A stretch of DNA of 64,000 bases from Phoronis australis (lineage: Eukaryota > Animalia > Phoronida), in assembly GCA_002633005.1 (NCBI GenBank), contig NMRA01000338.1, positions 223,575 through 287,574 on the forward strand, in the 5' to 3' direction. This document shows, piece after piece, positions 1 through 13,200 of this stretch. The notes beneath the pieces were generated by a model. It saw only the letters and a list, made by a program, of their open reading frames with translations. It did not search any database and had not been told where the DNA came from. Position 1 is the stretch's first letter. The number at the start of each line of letters is the position of its first letter. Made by a program: the position numbers and the translations under genes.

Positions 1-292
1 TGAGTTAGCTACGTTGCATCCTCATCTCGAGGACTTCGGCAGGCCACTGAGGTATCACGCGACTAATCATGTGATTGCTAGCACAGTTTGCACGGGATAC
101 TCTTTAGCACCCTATCCCAAGTTACAAGTTATTGGTAACAGACAAAGGGGGCTAAGATTTCTGTTACCAAGAACTTGGGATAGGGCGCTACGGAGTATCC
201 TGTGCAAACTGTGCTAGCAATAACATGATGTCACGTGACACTTCAGTGCCCTGCTGAAGTCCTCGAGATGAGGACGCAATGTACCTAACTCA
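1..292. mobile_element. Fold-back / MITE-like palindromic element (may extend left of window)
   Basis: 1-~125 (tgagttagctacgttgcatcctcatctcgaggacttc...) is the imperfect reverse complement of ~172-292 (...gaagtcctcgagatgaggacgcaatgtacctaactca). Confidence 0.8.
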
Positions 293-1655
293 ATCCGTAA
301 GTCCAGTAGTTGATTTTTTCATATTAGGTCCGAATTATGATTTGACCTTTTCATGGACTCACAAGGTATTTGATAATAGGAAGGTCAAAGTTAGAGTGAA
401 AACTTAACAGACTCAAGGGTCAACTTCAGTTTCGACAACTTCAATTCAACTCTACCCATTTGAGGAGGTAGAAAAATATATTGTATGGTTGGCCTAGCTT
501 TTTTAAAGGTACTCCAACAACTCTAGTTTGGTAGTGGCTCATTGTCAATCTAACATGAATGTTAGGGAAAATACCGAATTTTGGCAAGTGTTAGGGCATA
601 CCAGATTTTTTCTACAGAATATATTTGGATTCGACTTCTGGTCCTTAAACTAGGTTCCATGCTTATCTCCACAAAACTGGTAATATGACTTCTTAGATTA
701 TATCATTTTGTTCGAAAATCAAACACCGTAATAACTGGGCGTTTATTTAGTGTCACTAAAACATGAAAATTTCATTTTCTGAATACACATCCATGGGCTT
801 ATCTACAGAAAATCCCGGTAAGTAGTGCATGTTAAACAGCATAATGTGAAAGTGTGCTCGTACAGATGTGTGTTTGTGTTAACGAAGGACTGCTATGTAA
901 CTACAGTCATCACTATAGTCATAAAGATGTATGAACAATGTTTCCAGAGCAGTCACGGCAAGGTTTCGAACTCAAGAGTCTGTGACTCAAGCGCACCAAT
1001 AACAAAGCCACCATCATTGAATGAATTCCAATACGACAAAAAAGTGTGACCCACTTGTTAACTCTGTCGAAGTAAATAACTACTTACTTTTGAACTGTGG
1101 TCATTATTTTGAGGTGCACTGAGTAGTGCAACAGTATACAAATATGGACCAATCCCAAGGGTGACATCAGGTCACATGGATTGAGGGATAACAATATTGC
1201 TCTCCTGAGACCATGTGACCTGTACACCCGAGGGACTTGTCTATAGTTGTGTCATATGACAACCGATGCTTCTTTCTTAACGGATTGCTTCCTCTCTAGT
1301 TAGATTAGCTTGTTCTGACATAGTCTGCTCACTTTGTGGTTAGGGTTTAAGGTTTCTGCAGCGTCTGGCCAGATCGCAAATACCGACGTCTGACATGGAG
1401 ACGGTATGAATGACAAGTAATGTTCCACAGGATGGTCAATATTATGCTATATGAGATGTTATCGCACCATGTTTGAGCCAATCAGAACACAAAGTATTAG
1501 TGCTCGCGGAATATTTCTTTCTTTGAAAAGAATCATCTTCTATTTTCAAATTTTGCATGCACTACAAGGTTAAAGGTTGGTGAAAATGTTTCAAGCCATG
1601 ACACCGTGACTGGTGTTCAAGGGCACATCCAAGATGACAATCCCACTAGACCTAC

Positions 1656-1730
1656 TTCTAGAGCCTGTATGGTGATTGGGTATTTCTCCAGAGTGGCTAT
1701 CACCTCCACAACCCTGCCCATGTCCACGAT
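1656..1730 (-). CDS. MED26: Mediator subunit 26, coding exon 2
   Basis: tttcag|IVDMGRVVEVIATLEKYPITIQALE|gtaggt; 75 nt, phase 0/0. Matches the MED26 N-terminal TFIIS-like domain (human IRNMVAVLEVISSLEKYPITKEALE, from memory). Confidence 0.9.
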
Positions 1731-1795
1731 CTGAAACAGAGGTCAAAGGTCACGTACAGCACGAGTTCACCACACACGATTGACAATGCCACAAA

Positions 1796-2246
1796 CAAGG
1801 TACCTAAACTACACGGTCAACGAACTTATAAACACGGGCACGCACGCATGAACACGACTCACTGACCTGCAAACACCGTCCACTGACTCACAAACATGGG
1901 AACGGACTCACAAAACACGATCCATGCACCCTAATACACGGGACACGGACTCATATTCACCACGTAACACGGTTAACGGACCGCCAAACACGGGTCACAG
2001 ACTCATCGGCTTCCTGGGTCAGCTGACATCTCCATTTTGTCCGGAAACCGTGTTTAGCGGTCCGTTAACCGTGTTTCCTCGGGAATATGAGTCCGTGTCC
2101 CATGTATTTGGGTGTGTGGATCGTGTTTTGTGAGTCCGTTCCCGTGTTTGTGAGTCAGTGGATGGTGTTTGAAGGTCCGTGAGTCGTGTTCATGCGTCCG
2201 TGGGCCGTGTTTATGAGTCCGTTAACCGTGTAGTTTAGGTACCTTG
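1796..2246. mobile_element. Non-autonomous DNA transposon (fold-back MITE)
   Basis: Long inverted arms caaggtacctaaactacacgg...ccgtgtagtttaggtaccttg, internal ACACGG sub-repeats, flanking 5-bp direct repeat ACAAA (1791-1795 / 2247-2251). Confidence 0.85.
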
Positions 2247-3271
2247 ACAAACATCACTAATTAGGTCATAACAAAATCACCAACATCAGACTAGAACAAA
2301 TAAGCCCCTGGATCCAAAAGGAATAATCTTTGCATGGTCTTGACTTTAATATCACCATGCAAGAAGGCAAGCCCTGTCTAGACCTCAAAATGTACTAAAA
2401 AATGCAGGCAGCCTGGAAAAATGTATTCAAACACAAGCTGCAGAAGTATTGGTGGAGCAGCCTTGAACAACAATGTGAGGAATTTCGTCACCCATCAGAG
2501 GTCGAAACTCTCTGAAACTGTAAAGAAATCATTGTCTCTGGTTGCACCTTTACTTGACAACTTGATGTTGACAAGTCAGACATGTGATGCACGTTCAACA
2601 TGCCAATTGACAAACGTTGTAATGATAGAAAACTGCCAGAAAATTCTCATTTCTGTTTTCAAAGCACTGGAAGACAAAGAAACTTGGTAATATTCAACAA
2701 AGCCAATGGGGTTCTTGGTAATATACAACAAAACCAAGGTGGTTGAAACTATCCAGAAAACACAAAATAATCCTTAAAAGTGTACCAACCCCCGTTTTGT
2801 CCAATTAACAGATACAAAAAAAATTCCCATCCAGTTCTCTGAAACAAAACAATGTTCTGCACCCAAACCTTTCGAGGAAAATCTGAAAATTCTTTGCAAA
2901 GTCTGCTTAACAGGCAAGCGTGACCTACGCTTTAGGTGAGTTACACGACAACTGTAGGGAAAGACCACCCACCAAGAACCACGACATCCCTTCTGTGACA
3001 AAGAAAGTGCAAATTTATATTTGAAACCTGCTTTTATCACTCAAGTGAGACGCCACTGAGGCATTTGCAAGTGGCAGAACAAGGATTGGTAGAAACCACC
3101 AAAACAGGGTGTAGTATCCCTTTACACAGTCATTTACAAAACTAATCTGGCTCCCACGAGAGAATGAAAAACACAGCCCAGCCCCAAACCTGGGTACAGT
3201 ACAGTTGTTGAATGTCCTGTTGAACAGGGGACACTCCTTGTCCCCAGATATCTTCGATAATTACCTCTTTA

Positions 3272-3775
3272 GGGCCTTTCATACTAACATCGACGTGTCG
3301 ATGGTTTGGGGAGTTGCGGTCAGAATGAACGCTTAACTTTGGTCGTGGATCGAAGTTAACAGCTCCAGTTAACATCGAAGTTAACAGGTGGATTTAACAG
3401 CGCAACATCGACGCTGTGATGCAGTATGAACGGTCAACTTCGGTCCCACCCAAGTTATCGGCAGGTGCCACTGTTATCGTCAACAATTTAAGGGTAGTGT
3501 AGTCACGAATAGTTGCTTATACTTTGCTCGAATAATCACCAATAAATCAAAAATAAGTTTTATGTCAATTAGCACATGTAAATGTTCCCAAATTGTCACA
3601 TTAAAAAAAATCTTTGCGTGCAGCGCTACCATGCGATTACTTCGATGACGACAGCTACCGTTACTTTGATGTTCGTTAACTACCGAAGCCGGTATGAACG
3701 GTTTAGTTAACTTTGCACTTAAAGCCGACGCTCCGCTTAGACCGGAGTTAGTCAGAAGTCGGTATGAAAAGGCCT
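3272..3775. mobile_element. PIF/Harbinger-like MITE
   Basis: Termini gggcctttcatac / gtatgaaaaggcct, preceded by TTA; internal GTTAAC/ATCGA motifs. Confidence 0.55.
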
Positions 3776-6700
3776 TTTGACAAAACATTTGTGAACTCTA
3801 GATTGCCTTGTAATATTTCTTGAAGAACATGCACATTGCTATTCAGGAGAACTCTTAAACATTCCCTAATGTAGGTAAATCTGGACTCAGTCCTACATGT
3901 ATAAAAGGATTCACAAAGTCGAACTATTGTATCAAGAATTCTGTTCAACAATGGCATCACCATGCATATGCACAATGGAGCCATGGCATTGTTGTTCTCC
4001 AGACTAGAACTATTACGTAACCAGGACTTGATGTATTTCCATGGTACCAGTGACAGCTACCAACAGTGATAATGCTCTAGAATTAAAGTCTCTCAACAAA
4101 TCAATCTGAACCTTTCCTAAGGGTGTGCAGTCATGGGCGCACATTCAAGGCTACCTTTGTTAGCAAGGATTTAATTTTTTAATTCACTTTTCAACAAGCG
4201 ATCTACAAACCTTTAAGAACTTTTAAAGCTCTTGATGATCACTAAACCTGTTCAAAACAATAATGCAAAAATGCTCACAATAAACAATTCTTAATTTTTC
4301 ATAGAGATCGTCACTTGCACTAACATGTTTTGCTGTAAAAGCAAGTTTGGGATTTTCTTTTAAGGCTAAATTTGCAAGTTTTGTGCGAAAAAAAAGCATG
4401 TTTCTACAAAATCCACGATTACGAACACATTGTCATCGCTTTCGTGCACACAAGATTCATCAGCTTAATGGACCTACTATTAATAATTCCTTGATAATGA
4501 AAGTTGACTATAACCTTAAAACAATAAAGAGCATTTCTAGTCTAGATCCAATTCAAAATATCTACAGTTGTGGATGTATTTCAAAAATGCGACCCTTCCT
4601 GGAGAACTGAGAAAGCTTCACATTTTCAAATGAATTTTGGACAACTAACTGCAGTCTAAATTTCTAAGAACCTATATGGTAAAGACACATTAAAGCACTA
4701 AGATCCAGTGTAACCCAGCACGGTTATCATTTAGGTCAGTTCAGCCAAGTAAGAAGTAAGGCATTGCTTTGGCAGGAAGTAGGCTCCAGATCCCGAAGCC
4801 TGAGTGACCATAAGCACACCATTCAACCAGCTGTAATATATGCCCTGGCTTCCCACACCCTTCCTTCTGTGGTAGAAATGGTTTTATTGTGATAGAAAAA
4901 TTAAAAAGAAGACATGGGAATACGTTTAGATTTGGGTGACAGAGGTTCAAACCTTGGCATTTTATTAATAACACATACTTCCTCAAAAACTTTCAGGAAA
5001 TTTTGATCACTATTGTGCTGGGAGATTTCAGACACTGAAATGGGGACCTACAAGTAATGAAAACCACAACAAATTCATTGTGGGGTGCTTTCAAATTACT
5101 TACCTTAGGAATTTGCAAAATGGCAGACATAATCTAAACCAGAATAACAATCATAACGAAGTTGTTTCAAGTCTGACAAAACTCTTCAAACAAGTGATGA
5201 CAGAGAAACAAGTGGCTGTACACCAGCACTAAATAGTAACTTACAGGGGTTCCAGATTTTAAGAACCAGTTTCCTCCACTGCAGAATTGTGGTTATCAAA
5301 CTGGTACTCAAAATCCAGAATCCTTTTGTCTATTACTCAAGACGGGTTTGAGAGTAAGAGAAATTACTATGACAGTATACTGTAACTTACTTGGTGTACA
5401 CTTAACTTCGTTTTTATACCACATTTATTGAAAAAAGGTCATGCACACACTTGTGCATAACTTAATCAAAAACATGACTAGGGATTTTTGAGATATCGAG
5501 CAAACAACAGGATTATGGTAATAGTCACACATAATGTGTCCAAATTTTGAGAACCAATTTTCTCCACTTCATAACGGGCATCTGGTTCTCAAAATTCTAG
5601 CACCTTACATCCGCCTAGTGTGCAGGATAATGGCAATATGCACCCACAAATATGTGGATGGGTGCCCGAAAATGCTTTGAGTAGCTGAAGAAAAAAATAA
5701 AAAGGAAAACTTGCTCTTTAACTACTAGAATGATGACAGCATATCCTTTTTACATAGTTAACATGATTAGGCTTAGAATTGAGTGATGTTCCTGGACTGT
5801 TTCTCCAATTAGTTTTAACGAACCCCCAACCAGATCGATAAGTTTGAATTTCACAATTTTACCAAGAGACTTTGATGTTGTGTGTAGGTTTAACTGAGCA
5901 ATAGAGTAAAACTTGGTGAATACTTCATGCAGTATCTTACATTTGACCCAATTTCCTTCAGGTATTAAAGCAACACATAAGATTGAAATTAACAGAACCT
6001 TTGCCAAAAACACCTTTCACTTTAGACCACTTATGTGTCAACCATAATATTGGTCCTTGAAAGTGATTTCGGAGCTTGGGGAGAACGGACAATTTGTATG
6101 CTTGGCATTGTGCTCTGTAAGTTAGGATGACAGGCTCATTTATTTATGTGCAAACTTGAAAAATCCAACAATTGTGCGAGCTGTATTTATAATATACAAT
6201 TGCAACTCAAAGGTTACTCCACATCAGTATGGTAAGCCGGTCATATTTCCAAGGTTAAAAATTTCTCAAAAGGATGATTGACCGAGTTTGATTTGCAGAT
6301 GAATTATGTCGAAAAGCATGACTTCCATAGAGATAGACATTTTCAACTGAGCGGTCATGTCGTCACACCCCGTGATTAAAGGCTGGTTCTGCAACTAAAT
6401 GAAAGATGGAATACCAAGATTTCAATTGTGGAGAGGCTGAAATCTGACCACATCAACTTAGGATTAGGATTCATAGTCACATCTTTTTCATCCAATTAAA
6501 AAAATCTGAAAAATATCCAAGTAAAACCAGTAGTACTATAATAATTTACATCTATCACAACTAAAGACGATTTGTCCAAGATAACCAGCACACAATAGAC
6601 ATCCACAGAATTCTATCAAGATGCATGATATTCATCTCACAGTTACACTCATTTTCAAAGACCGTCAACTTTTGGAAGAGTTCTGTTTGGCCACATGTGG

Positions 6701-7993
6701 TGCTCAGGTTGAATTACTGATGACAGATTACCTGTATTAAATAAACAACAAAAAAAGGGAGAGCTATACCCGTTTTTCGGAATACAAAGAAATACATCTC
6801 GTCACCAGATGGCAATTGAGTAGTTGGTGGACAGCATTCGTGAACAGGGTTTAACACAGTGGAATTTCCCAGGATGTTTCTTATACATTCTTTGCAACCA
6901 TTATGTCGTCAGTTGACCTTTTCGCTGATGACTGAAGGATGTGTCCAAAAGAAATCTTGATTCCTGAAGAATGTGTTCAGGTGTGAAGGATTAAAGACAT
7001 TAACGACCAGAGTACTAGATTTCTCTTTCTGTGCTCAAATGGAAGATATATAGTGACATGACTTTGATGGTTTAGCTAGAGCAAAGAAAAATTTGTGAAA
7101 AATCTTCCGGCATACATAACTTAATAAGACGTGCAGCCACCTACCTCTGCTAGAGTAATGATTTCTGAACTGAACTTCTGAACTGTCTACATGGGCAGAA
7201 AAAAATTGGAGTAGTCTTCAAGAAATTGAAATGGTCCCAAATCTTTCTTGAGGGTAGGTGTGCACTGCACCCAGTGTTTGGAAGTGTAGAAAAAACACAG
7301 ACTCCTCCCCCCAAAGTACCAGTTGCTTACCCCATATAGTTTTGTAATATGCAAATCCAGGAGGTTGCATTGCTCTGGTGTGGCCAGACAGGAGGTGGTG
7401 ATCGTTCCCATAAAACATCCCTCGTCTGTGATGCCTCCTCTTAATGTGGATGGCATATGGGTGACCTCTGTCTGTTCATTTCCATTTAATCTAGCACATT
7501 GAACGGTGTTCTGTTCAGTTCTCAATTTTGTTGATGAAAGACTATCCGAAGAAAATATGATTGTGGGAGTATTTGTTCAAGTTGGAACAATTTAAAGACT
7601 CCAACTGCCTCCAAAGGTGTCAATCTACACTCAAAAGGTACATATAGTCACACAACTTTGATAGTTTAGTCAGGGTTAAGCGTACAGTCTCCATGCGCCG
7701 ATGTTTAAGGTAAGGACTACTAGTTGGAATAAGAGAAAAAAAACAAGAGGGAATAAAAAAACTTTCATAAAATACAAGGAGCTTGTACACATCTGCATAT
7801 CTAGATACTTAATTTTATCATACACCAGGCGGCCTATAATACTCCAGTGATCTTTGCCACGAACACGAAGCCTCTCACTTGATTAATTTCCCGAGTTGAG
7901 CCAGGATCGCCCGATTTTCAACTCCAGTCCAAGAGTCACAAATTCATATACATGCAACCCAGATATTTCGAAAAATAAACACTGTAAGCTTAC

Positions 7994-8056
7994 ATTGTAG
8001 TCATTGTCCAATGCCCCGAGTAGCTTTTCCTTAATTTGTTCAGGAGAGCACTGCAT
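7994..8056 (-). CDS. MED26: Mediator subunit 26, coding exon 1
   Basis: ATG at 8056: MQCSPEQIKEKLLGALDNDYN|gtaagc (63 nt), resembling the MED26 start SPQQIRDRLLQAIDPQSN. Splices in frame to 1730. Confidence 0.88.
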
Positions 8057-8099
8057 TGGGGCCACTGTGAGGCTAGCAATCACAGGAATTTTGCCGGAG

Positions 8100-8260
8100 A
8101 AGTGACCGCCTCGACTTCCAGAATGGCGGACTTCCAGACATTACTGACGAAATGAATTGTGGGATACTTACCTCCGAAGATGACGTCAGGCGCTCTCGAG
8201 GATGACGTCAAAAAGGGTTCGGCAATTTCCGTACGACCACGTGACGTCTTTCGTCACAAA
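8100..8260. promoter_or_regulatory. CpG-rich candidate promoter of MED26 (possibly bidirectional)
   Basis: Two perfect CRE/ATF palindromes TGACGTCA (8181-8188, 8203-8210), CACGTGACGTC near 8238, and a YY1-like AATGGCGG near 8122, immediately upstream of the MED26 ATG. Confidence 0.55.
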
Positions 8261-8364
8261 GTTCAGAGATCATGCATAAAACAGAGACACCATGTGGGCA
8301 GTCTGGCAGTGGACAGTAGTCGCAGAGACGCGTCTTGAGGGTAGAGTTCAGTTGCTGTCTCACG

Positions 8365-8456
8365 GCTAGAAAAGCTAGCCAAAATCACGTATTCTCGTTA
8401 AGTATACGGCAATATCTCACAAAATGTTGTCTTGCTTTTTAGCGAGGTCCCAGCGA
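8365..8456 (+). repeat. Partial, diverged copy of the 'acgctaggacct' MITE family
   Basis: aaaatcacgt...atatctcac...tcttgctttttagcgaggtcc matches 58232-58405. Confidence 0.6.
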
Positions 8457-9343
8457 GTAGGTCCTACCATTACTCTACCTTGGTGTCGGAGACTCTCCAC
8501 TCCGTCAACTAACCCCGCGTTGTCCTGACTGACTGGTGAGGAAGTTTCGTGAGGTACAGAAGTAGTTCGGCACGAATTCTAATGTTTGTTGAAATTGGAA
8601 GTGTGCGAATAAGAGAAGGAGATTCCAGTTATTACAAAATACCTGGAAATACATTTCTGTGAAGCTCAATTAAACTAGTACCCGTTGTCTGTCCCGCGAT
8701 CCGCTAAATCACGTAGCAGAGCANAAAGTCCTAGTAAACGAGACAAATGTCCGCAATGTCCACAGGAATTCTGGGCGCGGATGCACGATTGGCTGGCCTG
8801 AACATTGGCACCATTTTTTAGTCCTCGTTGGCTTTTTACGTAAAAAGCCCGCATAGGCCGAAGAATTCGAGCCCCCTATATTTTAGGCTGGGTGCGCGCA
8901 TGTTTATCGCCCTGTTTAGCCTAAAATAAACGAAAAAAAATGACCTTTTGGCTCTCAAGAAAGTTTCATATTCTTTACTCAATAGTTTGATTCCAGTTCT
9001 GTCTCTAGTCAACCAACAAGCGAAGAACTTCGCCATCGGCGACTCAAGAAAACACTTGGGGTTCGTCAGTCAACCCTAGAATTGCGAAAATGATGCATGT
9101 ATGCAGCATTGTGACTTGGGTTGTTAACAGAAACATATCCTATCACGATAGGCCTCCATTACCGCCGACACTGTCGGAGTACTAATCCCTAATTCTTGCG
9201 CCAGCTAACTACTGTACGGGGTAATAAAGTTTTACGTTTTGATTACATGGGTCGTTTTTTTTAACGCATAGGGTCCGGTTTTTAAAGGTCTAAAGTTAAT
9301 GTGACTCACCGTATAACTGAATTAAACTTAGGAACATTTTTCG

Positions 9344-9518
9344 GGTTGTCAGTTTAAGAAATGTCCAGCCAGTACAAGACCCTCCTCGCGTCAAGGGGTG
9401 ATCTTATGCTTTACCCGTTACACGTTTCTGAGACTGAAGAGGGAAGTCACCAAGTAGCGAGACCGGCTCGACCACACGACGACTGAGTTGGCTCACCAAC
9501 TAAAGCCGGAAAAAAAAA
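9344..9518 (+). ncRNA. Candidate degenerate HDV-like ribozyme followed by an A-run
   Basis: P1 GGTTGTC 9344-50 / GACGACT 9478-84 (G1-U wobble); P2 CCGGCT 9463-68 / AGCCGG 9504-09; P4 TTGG/CCAA; J4/2 C-TAA 9500-03. The P3/L3 segment is shortened and J1/4 is GAG rather than GG. Confidence 0.4.
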
Positions 9519-10224
9519 TTAATCAACAGCCGAAATCGACATTTCGTAAATCCGCTCAAGAATATAACTCGGCAACTTGAGACAACTTACATGTACGAGT
9601 GAGACCAAACCAGACGGTCGGGGTTTTTGATTGTGTCCCTATGGGTGTTATGTAATAATTGTATGCCCTGGCACACCTGAGTATGAATTTTATTTTTAAA
9701 TTCCAGCGGTCCTTTTCAGTGTCACTTCCTTAGCACTGTTTTTCACATCATCCAACAAGTCTCAAAAGAATTCTTTACTATTTTATCTTAATTTTTGAAA
9801 TAAGTGGGCATTAGAAACTCATCCGGCAATACATTTTAGTCAGTATTTGAACCTTATACCTGCAAATTTTGGATAACCTGTCTGATCTCGTCCACAACCG
9901 GCAATTTGGTTGAGAGCACTTCCCACGCTTTCTAATGTTAAATTGCGTGGAAACCTTGGGCTGACAGTGGTGCTAATTGCAGTCGGCAACTAACAACTTC
10001 ATGTTGCCAGCACAGGCTGACATGTGACCTTGCGACAAAGATATGAGCGACATCTATTGCAGTTTTTCGTAACCAATGTGTTGTGACCCATGAATGCTGT
10101 GGATGATGGCAAACAACATCGTGTAGTGTTCCGTTTTTACCACGTCGGTACAACACAAGCCTTGGGGCGCGGTGTATCACTTTGTTGATTCCTTTTTTGT
10201 TTTCTACGATAGGTCGATCTAAAC

Positions 10225-10294
10225 ATGTATACAAAATGGAAAATGCTTTTCGTTTTAGTGATATTAAGATTGACGAAGTCCTGCAACAGTGAAG
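10225..10294 (+). CDS. Laminin alpha-like exon: signal peptide
   Basis: MYTKWKMLFVLVILRLTKSCNSE + g|gtaagc (phase 1); preceded by acceptor ttttgttttctacgatag at 10212. Confidence 0.7.
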
Positions 10295-13200
10295 GTAAGC
10301 CATTGTTATATTTTGACTGTTTATGAACACATGTGAAACCATTGTTCCTGATGGAAAAACATAGTTGAAAACCGCCTTGTTTGACCTTATCCTTCAACTA
10401 ATACGCGTCATAAATAAACTTTAAAGCAGGTCAATGACAATGCGCATGTATTCAAATTAGAATAAGGTGTTTTATGATTGCATTGACAAAATTGAAAACC
10501 TATTGGAATCTTGGAATTCCCTTTTCTTTAGTATTTTGTATTTTCCTTAATAGTGCAATTGTATATTGAGTCATCGTTTCAATAAACTCCATTTAATGGT
10601 AGAATAAAATCAATTATCATTGCTTTATTCGTAAAGCTTCATGGTAGTTTAAAAAATATACACTTCTATTACCTCATAAAATGAATTTGTACTATTTTAA
10701 ATCGTGTCATGTTTAATTGTACATTACAGAAACAGAAATCGATTGCGCCAACCACTGTGTAGCGCATCTTATTCATAGCATTCCTGTGAGAACTTATCTT
10801 CAACTCGAAGTCATGAGTGGGAGAACAACCCACAAATATACAGCATGGGACACTCTCAATAGAATATCGTTAGAACTCAGAGCCACCAGGGTGAGTGATT
10901 CATTTTGTTTTTTCTTTGTCGGGCTTATAAAATTATTTTTGTATACAGCGTGATCTGTTCTGAAGTTTTGAAAACAATCATGTGCATTGCACCCTGCAGC
11001 GGATAATACGCAAAAAACGTTCATGAATTATTTAAACACCGTCATTTACTTTTTAATAGGATATTAGTAACAGGTGCTGCGTATTATCAGTCAGCAATTT
11101 GCTTGTGACAAGATTGGCGGACGTAACCACGGTTAGAGAAGGCTCTTTACTTTGATTCAACTGAAGGGGATGGGACTGCAACTACGGTGTACATATTTTC
11201 GTGCAGTTAATGATGCGACTCCACGGTATTTAAATATTACACATACTTCAACCATCACTGCACACTTTGGCTATATAGGAGTTTTATGCGATTTTGATGA
11301 CACGTAACCTGAAACGCGACCTTTTGAACTGGATACGTTGCAACTGGCTACTGAATTCTTCCGTCCCGTACACTACCCGGTATTTGCGTACGACAGGCTT
11401 TCAGTGCATGTACGTGTCTGATGCCCGGGTGCAGTTGTACCTCGGGGGTTTGTGCAGCTAGTTAGTTGAAGTAAAAATGACCATGGTCACAGGCAAAATG
11501 GGCCAACTTCATCTTGTTACCGTACAGTTAGTTGATGTTGCTTGACCATGTCTTGGTTCACTGAAGTCGTCAGTCGCATCTTAGGTGAACAATGTAGATC
11601 ATGCTACAGTTTGTTTATGAGTCACGTGACCATGTCCTTTTAGTAAAATTTATCAATAAAATAAAGATACATTCATAGCCGTGGAAATAACTAGATTAAT
11701 TACACAAACGGATTTCATTTGATCTAAATTGTTTTATCCGTCATTAAGTTCACAGAAGCACACTTGACAATGAGTATCCTGCGATATGAGTTGAGAAGAT
11801 GCAGCTGCGTACATCGGCCACGTCGCTCTAGCAACCCACGGCCTACTACGTTATCCCAGCATGGACCCATGTGAAACAAAAGCACCGAGTGTCAATCTAC
11901 CGTTAAAATCAAATTACATATCAGGGTTATGTCGTGAACGGGTGTGGGGCGTGCAGCTTTCCCGAAGTTTATTTCACCAGTCTTTCTGTGCTACAAAGAG
12001 AAACCGTGTGGCCAGCCCGACATCAATTTTCACGGCGCCCAGCAAAAAAATCACAAAAAAATTTTTTTAACTGTTTTATGAATTTGATCAAACTTAATAA
12101 ATCCAAAAAAGTCACCATATCCCCAGAATAACTTCCAAAATGCATTTTTCTGCTATAGAATCTAATGTTCAATTGTAATTCATTATTTGCTGCGTCCAGG
12201 GTAAAGACAGACTCACGATGTCGTATTCAAAAACTATGGCAGGGAGAAACTAAGGTATCGTACATGCCGTTAGCTTCGACGGCCGACGAACGTAAGAGCA
12301 GATACATAAATAAATGCATAGCAACACAAGGTATAACACAATACCATAAATTTATTGATATGGGGATGAGAAACTTTTGCCGAGTTTACTTTGCAAGTCA
12401 ATATGACCCCAGTCATCGCAGAAGCAGAGTTCTCAAGCGACCAGTTTTTTGCTACAACAAAAAGAGATGGCCAACACATTCCTGTAAATGTCGTCCATTC
12501 TCAACTGACGGCTAAAGCTCATGAACACGTAATTAGCCTCTGTCTGTGTAAATGTCATTACAATTTCCCCCATTGAGCCGAAAAAAAGATTTTACCTTAG
12601 AGGGGATAACGACGCAAATATACAAACGAATTATCAGATTTTCACAGTCCGTAGGCTTAAAGCAACCTTTTAATTTATAACAAGAAAATTGAAACTTGAT
12701 GTACGTGAAACCAAATATTTCTGTGTATCAGCAGTAAACGCTTGTGTGGTCTAGATATGACGGCTTCGAGTAGGACATGTATTAGCGTAGTAGGTCTAGA
12801 GACCTAGGTAGAGCAGCAAGTAGATTTTGGCATTGCCATCAACGGAGACCAGACAACATAAAACGCGGTTGACACCAATGTTACTCCACTTCATGTCCAC
12901 TAGACGCCTGTTTCACCCCAACCCCCCTTATCGTTAAATCCCCGGCAACAGTTAACCCCCCCTTACGTATATTTACGCCTGTGAGAAGGTAAGCGCTATT
13001 TGAGAAGGGGAGAGGCTCCTACTAACTCGACCTCGGCAAACGTTTGCCTGCGTGGTCTCAAAGTCAATTTCCATTCGATCGCCACCACTTCAGCATTCCT
13101 TCTGGTCGTCAATTTCGCACCTTCCTCGCCACAGACTTTAGTTAGGAGGGACAAACCCCGTAGAAGCAGCCACCAATGACTTGGGTACACATGCTCTAAG

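Noticed and set aside
7187-7525. Minus-strand ORF with FGGRS, faintly like a PIF1/Helitron helicase motif
   Set aside because: No other helicase motifs could be read; similarity too weak.
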